64,000 bases of DNA from assembly GCF_964355755.1 (NCBI RefSeq), contig NC_092678.1:6030422-6094421 (forward strand), read 5' to 3'. The first letter of the stretch is position 1, and each line of letters opens with the position of its first letter. The DNA is from Antedon mediterranea. Lineage: Eukaryota > Animalia > Echinodermata. Made by a program: the position numbers and the translations under genes. The notes below the pieces were generated by a model that made no database searches, had not been told where the DNA came from, and was given only the letters and a program-made list of their open reading frames with translations. This document shows positions 52,929 to 64,000 of this stretch, piece by piece.

Positions 52929-55414
52929 CTGTTCATCAGTGTACACCATCCACAGTATGGGTCACCAACACCGCCACCAACCCCCAGACATTCACTACAT
53001 GTTGTATACTGTTCACATTCTGCAACAGGCACTTTTGTAATCTATAAATATATATTTTAATTTTTTTTTCAAAATATGCATGGTTTGCATATATAGAATC
53101 ATCTTTGCTAAACATCAAAATTCTCATCGAATAGCTTTATTTGAGGTCACTACACACGCAGTTCCAAAGGACTAGTTTGTACCCCCAAAGCCTCGCTAAA
53201 TTATTAATTATTTATCAAGGTACAACCTTAAAACTTGTTACACCTAGTTTTTCATAACCAGTGAACTCAACAACTGGCAAGATTCAAGATTATTTATTTT
53301 CTTGGAAATTTTGTGTTTAGATCCACAACAGATTAATACATACATACTTGCTGTTTAGTTATGACATAAATAGAATCATTATCTTTGCTCAACATCAGTC
53401 CATTTCTTATAACAGCACTGCCGGCATCTATTGTTTTCGTCTCATACTTCTGAGCCGATGTCAATGAATCTAATCGTAGCTATATATAAATAATTTAATT
53501 TTGGAGAAATTTTAAGCAGTTATACACCGACATACAATATATATATTGTGCTGTCTCAAATTGTCCTCGCACCTTAGATAGAAACCAAGAAAATATCCTG
53601 AAAACTTACCTTCACAAGATCACCTTTGTCATCTCCTAGGAATATCACACTTTGTTGTACCTCGTCTACGTATTGAAACGTGACCGATGTGAACAGTGTG
53701 TTGTCCTCCTGGTAAATAGCATCTGCTACAATCGGGGCATCACCCCCAAGGTCAGGAAGCTGCTCAAGGTAATGGCAATAGGGCACTTGTTCGTCTACTA
53801 GAAGTTGTGCCTAAAATAATTAATTTAAACATTTCTGGTTATATAAAACATTAATGACATGGGGGAAAAACAAAACACTCGAAATCTATGGTTCCTATTT
53901 TTATGACATTTTTTGTTTATAATTTTTAGATTTTGTGTTGGTCTGTCCCACCAACATATTTTTTAGTGAGGGATTGTACCCCTCACTTTTTAACAGCAAA
54001 AATCATTAAATTGTTAAAAAGTAGAAAGTAAGACTTCTATCGACATATCGTATGTAATTTCAGAAAATACAGTATATATATTTTGCGTGAATATACCCAG
54101 TGGCGCATCAGGACCAGTCCCTAAAAAGCGTGTAACCCAAAATAATTGTATTCTTCGGGGCGGAATTTTTATGTGCTCAGAAATCGATTGAAACAACCTA
54201 TAAATTACTCAAAGAGTCTAGACCTGCCCTTGGCAGCCCCCAGCCTAAGGTTGCTCACTTTGCTCGCAAAGTATTCCATTTTTGTACGTCCCCCCCACTA
54301 TGAAAAACGTATCTTCGCCGTTGTTTCTTACCCATAACGAATTTGATTCGCAAGAATGCTGATTTGATCCAGCCCATTGGACAGTTTTAAATGTTGTATT
54401 TTCTTGTGCACATTCCTTATATGCATTCAAGAACGAATATTCTATTTTATCCAACAAAGAATATACACAAACAGCAGATTTTCTTTCTGGAATCGAACTT
54501 GCACCACTCTCGGACATTCCAAAAGTTACAGCAAGTATGAGTGATGAGGGGTTTGGCTCAGAGGACACTCTATTAGCCCAGTAAGCTGACTGGGCCAGCA
54601 TGTATTTCTGGCCCTTATGATTGCAAACAAGAGGCAGTTCAATATATGATACGCTATAGCCCTTGTCAGATTCACAAGTATGTGCAATGTATGTTTGGTA
54701 AGTAGGGGTTCTTCCCGAGTAATTCTCATCGTAAATCATGATGTAATAGTTAACATTATTACTATTAAATCCATATATAAAATCCATTTTAAATCCTTGT
54801 CTTATATGACTGTCTGATGCTTTCTTTTGTGATTTTTTAAGCATGCTTTTCTGTACGTCAAAATCTACTAAAGAACGTGTAGTGAATGGGGGTAAATCAG
54901 GGTCATTGGCAGCTGGAGTTCCAATATATAAGTTTGGTTCACCACCTGGATTCTGTGTAATCATCGCTACACTATTTCCATCTGTGTTTACCACGGGTGG
55001 ACTAACCAGCTGACCAATAATTGTCAGGTTAGAAATATACAAAAACTCGCAACTTCCTCGATAAACAGTTCCACACGAGATGATTCTATCACCAAATTGT
55101 AATAACAATTTGTTTGAATTATTCCTGAATGTTCGTTCAAAAGCACACTCTGCAGGGGGCGCATGTGCACAGTACGGATTATCTAATTTTGGTCCAATAT
55201 CTCCTTGTACTATTAGTCTTAAGTCATCAGCATCCAACCTATAAACTTTGTTTAAGCCTCCGATAAATATGTTTTCCAATTCATTATCATACACCACTGA
55301 GGAAAAATTTCCGCCAGGATCTCTATATTTGTCATAGCTTTGTGATAAGGCTGGACATAATACAACAAAAGTGACTGCAAACTTCCAAAATATCTTCCAA
55401 CAATGTTGTGCCAT
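52929..55414 (-). CDS. Head cassette 2: duplicated plexin-like exons 1-4 (signal peptide, Sema, first part of PSI1), intact but with no stalk exons of its own
   Basis: Exons 54332-55414 (361 codons), 53610-53810, 53348-53479, 52929-53041; open frames and GT-AG sites; exons 2-4 have the same lengths as gene B exons 2-4 (201/132/113 nt). Confidence 0.85.
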
Positions 55415-56050
55415 CTTGAATATTCGTACTCTGCAAAATATAGTAAGATAATATGTCAAGAAGATGTAAGACACTAAAACTTGTTGGAATATAGTGCATT
55501 TCAAACATGATAAAATATTTGTAAGAATGTAAAACTTAGGCCTAGTTTGCAGTGGATCTATACCATAGATGGTCGTTTAAATGCAGTTTGAATTAACTTC
55601 TTATTTAGGTTGGCCGACTGAATTATGCAAGATTAAGACTATGAACATATTGAAAGCAAAGGGCGTGCATACAAAAAACACCACCAATAAACTAATTTTC
55701 TTTGGTTATATTTATTTATACTTTTTTACAAAAACGGTCTAAAATTGCATAGTTTTCACATTAATTGAAACCGCATAAAGTTGAATGTTATTTCAAATAG
55801 GTAGCTGACTACTTATTCATCATAGAGGGTTTATAAAACAATAGGTCACTATGTCATGGTGAACATGGGACCAGCTTTTAAATGAGTGGTCGCATGCCAA
55901 TAGTATGTATTCGACTAAAATCAAATTACTTAAATGTTTAATTTAAAATTAGTAACCTGGCTAATTTTATATATATTACTGTCCAAATTGATGAGTTCAA
56001 ATCAAGTTGTTTGTTTTTTTTTGTATTTTCAAAAGAATTTGTTACTGTAC

Positions 56051-56368
56051 CTTTAATAGGGTTTCAATGTAGTAGCTTCAAACTTTGCATTTCAGGCTCG
56101 CCTGTACATGGTACAACTGCTGTGAAATCAACAGTACTGCTAATATAGCAACAAACAGGATGTCATACATAAATATATAACTATAAAAGCATACAGTGGC
56201 TAATGCATTCAAAGTAAAATTCCTCTGAAAAGTGTACAATAAACATATAATTCAACTCATACCACATTGGGCAGTGTGTGTTGATCAACTCAAGAATACC
56301 AAAGATAGAGATAATGATATGCAACAAAAACTTGTGGTATACTTCAGCATATAGATGGCGCTGTCACA
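56051..56368 (-). promoter_or_regulatory. Putative promoter / 5'UTR exon of head cassette 2
   Basis: Essentially identical to 52228-52545. Confidence 0.5.
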
Positions 56369-56673
56369 ATAATTAAATCAAAGATTTTTTTCTTTATTTT
56401 AATCATTTTTTCTGGAGAATAAAAGTATACCTTTTTTAGGCACTTCTTGGTTTGAGTAGGGCTACAAATTATAATTATATTTATATTTATCTGATTATCT
56501 TTACCTTTTGTTTTTTATCTTTATATTTTATATTTTGTTGGTTTTTAAATTTTTTTATTGTAGATAAATTATTAAATGCTGTGTTACTGAACCACTTTGG
56601 AAATCTGTACATATGTATTTTGTTAAAGTGATTGTATTTACTTACAATTGAGGTAACCAATCAAATGGCGTAC

Positions 56674-57783
56674 AAACAAATAAATAAAACAGGTTTAAGT
56701 TTCTTTTAATTTGTTTTAAAAATATATATGATTTTTATATAATGAAAACAGTATAAATTATCAACAGTTTCTAAGCATCTTTATTTGAATTTTCTGCATA
56801 ATTGTAAAAATATGAAAATGTATAAAAAGAAAATTTAGAAATTGTATTAATATAACATGTAAATGTATAAAATGTAAAATACTACACCAGTTACAGATTA
56901 TATTTGGTCTAAATTTACAATTTTTATATTACGCTGCTTAAATGTGATTTTTCATAAGCACACAGAATCATTGCATAAACTGGCAAGTAATTGTAATTAA
57001 TCAATCAACTATTTCCATCTGTGTTTATCACGGGTGGACTAACCAGCTGACCAATAATTGTTAAGTTAGAACTATACAAAAATTCGCAAGTTCCTCGATT
57101 AACAGTTCCACACGAGATGATTTTATCACCAAATTGTAATAACAATTTGTTTGAATTATTCCTGAATGTTCGTTCAAAAGCACATTCTGCAGGGGGTGGC
57201 ATTGTACAGTCCGGATTATCTAATTTTAGTCCAATATCTCCTTGTACTATTAGTCTTAAGTCACCAGCATCAAGTCTATAAACTTTGTTTAAGCCTCCGA
57301 TAAATATGTTTTCTAATTCACTATCATACACGACTGAGAAAAAATTTCCCCGAGGATCTTTGTATTTTTTCATAGCTTTGTGATAAGGCTGGACATAATA
57401 CAACAAAAGTGACTGCAACCTTCCAAAATAAACAAATAAATAAAACAGTTTTAAGTTTCATTTAATTTGTTTTAAAAATATATATGATTTTTATATAATG
57501 AAAACAGTATAAATTATCAACAGTTTCTAAGCATCTTTATTTGAAAACGGAATCTTGATCACTTAATATACTGGTTTTTTTTCTGCATAATTGTAAAAAT
57601 ATGAAAATGTATAAAAAAAATTAGAAATTGTATTAATATAACATTTAAATGTATAAAATGTAAAATACTACACCAGTTACAGATTATATTTGGTCTAAAT
57701 TTACAATTTTTATATTACGCTGCTTAAATATGATTTTTCATAAGCACACAAAATCATTGCAAAAACTGGTAAGTAATTGCAAT
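56674..57783. repeat. Direct repeats (about 56674-56996 and 57430-57783) flanking the Sema fragment
   Basis: Both begin aaacaaataaataaaacag and end aagtaattg(t/c)aat; one ~30-bp indel. Confidence 0.9.
57007..57430 (-). pseudogene. Truncated, frameshifted Sema-exon fragment (third copy of the gene B head)
   Basis: Matches about residues 9-150 of the B heads; no ATG, +1 frameshift in the T-run near 57365-57370, ends at ...PPVINTDGNS; flanked by ~330-bp direct repeats. Confidence 0.85.
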
Positions 57784-58024
57784 CGAACCAAAGACTCCAC
57801 TTTTTTATAACACACATGACACAAGTCATTATGTGACTTATACAACTTAAATGAATTAAAGTTGGGACAGTACTAAACTAATGGGTTGAAATAACACATT
57901 TTAAGAATGAAACATCCATTTTTTTAAATTAAAAATCAAATTTCAAAAATGTATAAAGAACACCAATTTAGATTTTGTTCTTGATAATTTTCAACAGGGG
58001 AGGATCCAGGAAGGAAGGTGGGTA

Positions 58025-58520
58025 GGAAGGGCTATGGGACCAAGGGAGGGCCATCTGACTAAAGGAGGCCTATGGGACCAAGGGAGGGCCATCTGACTAA
58101 GGGAGGCCTATGGGACCAAGGGAGAGCTATGGAGCCAAGGGAGGGCTATGGGACTAAGGGAGGGCTATGGGACTAAGGGAGGGCTATGGGACCAAGGGAG
58201 GGCTATGGGACTAAGGGAGGGCTATGGGACTAAGGGAGGGCTATGGGACTAAGGGAGGGCTATGGGACCAAGGGAGGGCTATGGGACTAAGGGAGGGCTA
58301 TGGGACTAAGGGAGGGCTATGGGACCAAGGGAGGGCTATGGGACTAAGGGAGGGCTATGGGACTAAGGGAGGGCTATGGGACTAAGGGAGGGCTATGGGA
58401 CCAAGGGAGGGCTATGGGACTAAGGGAGGGCTATGGGACTAAGGGAGGGCTATGGGACTAAGGGAGGGCTATGGGACTAAGGGAGGGCTATGGGACTAAG
58501 GGAGGGCTATGGGACCAAGG
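58025..58520. repeat. G-rich minisatellite, 19-bp unit
   Basis: (gggagggctatgggac(t/c)aa)n. Confidence 0.95.
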
Positions 58521-59843
58521 AAAAAAATATAGAAATGTCCTATATAGTAATATAATACCCAATTATTACAAATTATAGTCTTACTGTATATCGCACTCGT
58601 TTATGTATACTGGTAAATTATCTCAAGCAACCAAATTTTTTTCAGCGTCTTAGTCTTAAAGTTTAAAAAAAATGCATTATACCATTCTTTATTTCAAACT
58701 GATTGCGGCATAAAATGAAAAATCTGTGCACAAAAAATAATAGCAAGACCTATACTATTTCATATTGTATCATATTCTTATGAAAAAATGTACGTCAACA
58801 TTTTTTTTTTAAATTGGTAGAAACCACAGCTCCACCAGGCTACAATTGTTTACGACCATCCTTCCCCCAAAACTTTCCCTCACTCCCTCCACAAAAAAAT
58901 CATCCTGGGCCACCCCTAGTCTAATAAATATATATCAAATGGAATTTATATTTTAAGCCATATTTCACTAATTTTAATAAAAAGTGTTTGATTTAACTAA
59001 ATATTATGAATTAATCTTTTAATTAAAATTAATACTGTGAATAGTTATTATGATAAAGTGTATTATTTTTCGATAAAATGACTTTAATTACTTTTAGCAA
59101 TAGTTAAAAAGAAGTGCAATTTTGCTACCCTATCAGACATATAATATATACTCGGTGAGAAGATTTAAAATTTCTGAATATCTCAAATATAAAGACAATT
59201 TTGATTTAAATACAGTATAAGTAAAACTGTAACATACAGAAAACTGTCTTCTTGAAATAAGTAATATAATAATTAATAATTAAGAAAATGATATTAATCC
59301 AGTAGGATTTTAAAGTTTCTTTTATAAGTTTTTTGTTTTTTCATATTTGTACATCTTATATGTGGAAAGCTCTGCAACGTTGTTATAACAATCTTGATTT
59401 CCTTTATGTTTTTTAGCTTGCAAACAAATCTGCTCTGTTTACTTTGTCGTGCTGTCTTTTTAACATAGAGTAGCTTTGTGATGCGTTATGTCTTCTTGAT
59501 AAAAAACTGATTTGCATTTTAACTTTAGCTGAGAAAATGTCATTATGTTTGCGATATCTAACAAACTTCACAGTTTACTAATGTGAGTAGTTCAGTCTTT
59601 AGATGAATTGAGAAGTCAACTTCATTTTAAAAATATGCTAATAACACATTCATCTGTTGCAAGATTTAATTCTTCAACACCAAACATATGTAGTAAATGT
59701 TTACAGCTATTATATTGTTCAAAATGGCCGACATAACTGCTCCACTGAGTGTTATATTTTCATAATAATGATTCAAATAAAGCTTCCAATGACATGGTCA
59801 CAATTTTAGTCATCCAAAAATTAAGCACTTTTAAAATAGATAC

Positions 59844-62800
59844 TTATCTCAAACAGCATTTTCCAACTTCACAATATTTTTCTTTGGAGACATATTCAAG
59901 AGTTCCAACAATTGTGAGATCACCATTTATCCTTACTGTAACGCTTTGAACATCAGCATTAGGAAAGCTTGGCACATCGCAAGAAATTCTATAATATTTA
60001 AAAAATGTGTAATAAATGTTTTTGAAATGATTGCATGTTTGTAGAGTTGTTCCCATTAATTAATCAAAATCATACAAATGATCTAAAGCTATTAAATGCT
60101 TTTTTGGTCTAAATTAGTACATATATCTCTTCAAAACTTATTTCCGTCGCAATACGAGAGTATTGAGTGAGTGCAGAATCTGTTTGGGCTTTAGCCTATT
60201 CTCATTCCTGGTTATTTTTACATTGATGACTGAATAAATATTATTATTATTATTATAATTGTTTTAAAATAGGCAGTGCTGTTGGAGGTTGTTCACAGGG
60301 AATGGTTATAATTTTTTTTTCATACACAAAAAAAAAATTAGAAAAAATAACTATTTAACAATCGTTAAATAGTGCACACTATAGCACACCATGTGACCCA
60401 CAATCGTCCAATAAATAACAGGAATTCATGTAGGTGTTATATAAAACAAAATAACCTTGAGGCAAGTCGATATGTTTCCCTTTCAATCTTGCATGGTTTT
60501 CCACCAACGTCAATGTTAAGATCTTCAACTCTCTGCCCAAGATCTTGACCAATCAGAGTGATAATATCAACATATTTATTGTCTGCTGACGTAGGAACAA
60601 CTGGTGGTAAAATCTAGATATGAAAGAATTAATTAATAATTAGGTGATCATTTAGAATAAAATGATCACCTATTGTTTTTGTACAAAATCTTTATTATTC
60701 TTCTTCTTCTTCTTCTTCTTTCTGTACACTTTTTGTTTAACAAATATCTCAAAATGTTAAATGTCAATGATTACCAAAATTTCACAATGTCTTTCAAATA
60801 CTTTAACTTGATTTTCGCAAAAATTTTAGTATGTGCTTGTTCAATTAATTATCTTTCTCATGAGTTGTCAACATTTTCATTTTGATGACGTCATCACGCG
60901 TAAAAACTTGAATAACCTAGGTCGTGTAATTACAGCTACCCCATACATTTGAATATCTTACAGCTCTTCAGAATTAAAGGTGACCTTGAAGATTATAACT
61001 TATTATTAAAGCTGATGAAATGTAGATATGAACATCGGATGTTGTGATGTTATCATATGGCCAGTTGAAGTTAAAAAGTAGTTTTTAAATTTCTTTAGTC
61101 GAAGTTATACAAATTTCAAAGAGCGCGCATTGCACTTCTACGTGTCAAATTCTCTTCCAATCCTTATATTTATTTGCTCAATTCATTATCTTTCGAAATT
61201 GTCATCTTTGAGTTTATTTTGATAATTCCATCATACCAAAAAATTAGAACATGTGGGTCCCGTAATTTCACCTATTCTACACTGTATATAGAAATACAGT
61301 ATACTGTACATATTGTATATGACACATAATAGATACAACTCAGCACTATAAGTGTATATGCATCATGTCATAGGATGGCGTACATCAACTTTTTAGGATC
61401 GTATGTTAACGTACATGCATGTTTAAAAAATGTTAATTTCATTAAAATGATAAAAATGATCACCTATAATTCGTCAAAGTGACGAATTAAATTCTAGTTC
61501 ATATTGTATTTGATATACATTTTTAATAAAACAAATGTAATTCACTTGATCAAACAAGAAACCAAAGTACGGTAAGAGTTAAAGACTTCATAGTGGCAGC
61601 TTGTATGCTTAGCCTCGTCCTTTGAATGGATTTAAAGCATTGATGTGTATCAAAAAGACTCATAGAAACATTATTGGTACCTTCCCAACAACAAAACTGA
61701 AGTATAAACAATTCAAAAAATGTTTAACTAATACCAGTTTAGTTAATTATACTCATCATTGGAAAAATCTTAGGCAAGCACATAATACAGTGACTAAATT
61801 ACTGACATTATTCACTTTTGGCGATGGACAAGAGGGTGGTTTTCCTGCTGAACATCTGGACTCCAACACACACTTCCCTGTATTGCACCATGTACACTTG
61901 TATTCGGGTAGAGTAGTTAGTGGAGACAGACACCTACTGCAATCAGGTCGGCCCACAGAACAATCGTACAAAGTTACTACAAAACAAAATGTTTATGTTT
62001 ACAGTACTTTTAATATATTTTATTTTGATAATTATTAATTGTTACTCAAAAGAGAATAAGAAAAATTTTCAAATTACAAAATTTATACTATACAAATATT
62101 TACTGGGCTAAGGGGCATGGGTAAAAATGTGAGAAAGCCCAGTAAATATTTGTTTTATATACCGTACCACCCAAGTTGGCTGGCTAGGCCGAAGCGAACA
62201 CAAAAATGGACTTGGTTGGCTAGCTAGTTAGTGGCACAGTTTCGTTGCCAAGAAGCAAGCAAAAATGCCTGCATTTGATAATTAGTCGCTTCCAAATATT
62301 CAATAAACATTCCCAAATTATACTTTATCGTAGGCTAGGCTAGGGCTAGCTACGCAATTGTTGTGTCACACGTATGGATTTGATTGTATTAAAAAAGAAG
62401 AAGATAAAGGAAACAGACATGCGCAGTTTAACCGGTGTATGGTTCAAGGGCATGGCACTATAGACCGGTGATTAACCAATCAGATGCCGTGAATTGAAAG
62501 GTGCCGGTATATAACAGGATTATTTTATTACGTAATCAATGAAATAATCATTTAATCAATCAGTAATGAAAACAAATTATAAAAAGATTCTGACAGAATC
62601 AATAAGGTTATATGCATATCACCTAAAACTGATTTTTCTTTATTGCCAGGAATTAATGTTATATTCTGAAAGTGTATGCGATAGGTAATTAAATTGAAAA
62701 ATTGAAAATAAAATACCTGTCCAACTTGAATCAATGTAGTTAATGTTATTCCATGCATCTTTAATATTTACGTTTTTCTCCTGTGACATCCCAACAAGTA

Positions 62801-63869
62801 CATACTAAAAATGAGAAAGCATAAGTATTATCATTTATAATTTTGTTTCATATTTCAATGTATAGGCCTAAGTGCAATTTCCAGAGACCTAGCAGCTCTA
62901 TTTTTCAAAATTGTCTTAGCTCCACTGCAACCATAGTGGGCTGTTCCACATTTACAATTTTGCATAACATTCATGTACAATAAAAGTATAAATTATGTGG
63001 CTAAATGGTGTATTTTGTCCTATCATTAAACAGACCATGGTTGAAAAGACATCAAGCTAGAAGGATTAAAAAAGCAATGTTTTATGATTTCCTTTTCCCG
63101 CTAATCAATTTTAATACACAACAATTGCACAGAAAAGTTAGTTTTCAAATATCTTATACTTGGAAAAGAAGGTGTTTCATCATAGTTTTTTTTTTTAAAA
63201 TTGATTATACTCTACTAAAATTATATTTATATGATAGGGAAATTCGTTTTGTACTTTGTTCTAATAGGGGTGGGGGATCAAGATTTCCACATCCCCCTGT
63301 GAAAGGTTGCCGAAACCGGCTTTTTGAGAGTAATACTAAAATTACTAACTTTATTTACTTTTGGCGATGGACAAGAAGGCAGTTGTCCTGCTAAACATCT
63401 GGACTCCAACACACATTTCCCTGTATTGCACCATGTACAGTTGTATTCAGGTGGAGTAGTTAGTGGAGACCAACAACCACTGCAATTAGGGAGGCCCACT
63501 GAACAATCGTACAAAGTTACTAAAAAAATAATTTAACATTTTGATATTTACCGCAATTTTAATATATTTAATTAAAATTAGTAATTTGATAATGCTATTA
63601 GATAAAAAAATGAATACTAGGATAAAATGCAATTTTTATTTTATCAAGGAGTTATGTAATCAATGAAATAATGATTTAATCAATAAATATTGAAATTATA
63701 AAAATGATTTTTCTTTATTGCTAGGAATTAATGTTATATTCTGAAAGTGTATGTGATAGAATCAAATAGAAAATAAAATACCTGTCCAACTGGAATCAAT
63801 GTTGTTAATGTTATTCCATGCAACTTTAACAGTTATGTTTTTCTCCTGTGACATCCCATCAAGTACATA
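59844..63869 (-). CDS. Gene A (5' part outside window): plexin-like paralogue with IPT/PSI exons; appears to end before any TM
   Basis: Exons 63782-63869, 63350-63519, 62717-62804, 61807-61976, 60456-60613, 59844-59988, homologous to gene B exons 11,12,11,12,13,14; the last exon lacks the donor found in B and reads ...VGTLEYVSKEKYCEVGKCCLR-stop. Confidence 0.75.
60639..61499 (-). mobile_element. Helentron/DINE-1-like non-autonomous element (second subfamily)
   Basis: Same architecture, inverted; shared body motifs acagtgtagaataggtg.aattacgggacccac and caactggccatatgat; terminal stem-loop taggtgatcattt...aaatgatcaccta; (AAG)n tract. Confidence 0.6.
62085..62515. mobile_element. Insertion with internal inverted repeat in a gene A intron
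   Basis: acaaatatttactgggct...agcccagtaaatatttgt hairpin; absent from the paralogous intron 63520-63781. Confidence 0.5.
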
Positions 63870-64000
63870 CTAAAACGAGAAGTATTATCAGTGAACTTAC
63901 AACTCTCTCTAATGTAAAGAGGACCTTATATCGACATGGAACTCAACTCAAACAATCTCAACTGAAAGGAACTAGTTGCGCGAGAGCACTTATGTTGAAA

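Larger units (their letters stand above)
48081..56568. repeat. Tandem segmental duplication: unit 1 about 48081-52745, unit 2 about 52750-56568
   Basis: 48081-48596 matches 52750-53265 and 51440-52745 matches 55263-56568 almost base for base; junction ...tgtagataaa/cact/tgaaacacttcc near 52746. Confidence 0.92.

Overview
AT-rich eukaryotic genomic DNA, probably from a marine invertebrate (a deuterostome such as an echinoderm is only an inference from composition and Deu-type SINEs). It holds a tandem cluster of plexin-like genes, all on the minus strand, which I reconstructed by hand from GT-AG sites and exon phases. Gene B (51591->31269, 20 coding exons, about 1257 aa) has a signal peptide, Sema, 3 PSI and several IPT/TIG domains and a transmembrane helix, but only a ~17-aa cytoplasmic tail and no plexin GAP domain. 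Directly upstream is a second 'head cassette' (putative promoter + Sema + PSI1 exons) whose flanks are almost identical to gene B while its Sema coding centre is about 14% divergent. Beyond that lies a third, frameshifted, mosaic Sema fragment between direct repeats. Gene A (3' part only, 63869->59844) has a duplicated PSI exon pair and appears to stop before any TM. Gene C (25992->11599, no further exons found) joins a very divergent Sema head to stalk exons closely similar to gene B. A ~300-bp upstream block with CTCF-, ETS- and Rel-like motifs precedes all three intact heads. Together this looks like a modular, diversifying family of non-GAP Sema receptors (variable head / shared stalk). 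Introns carry a near-full-length non-LTR retrotransposon, SINEs, MITEs, Helitron/Helentron-like elements and many minisatellites. No CRISPR or prokaryotic features are present.
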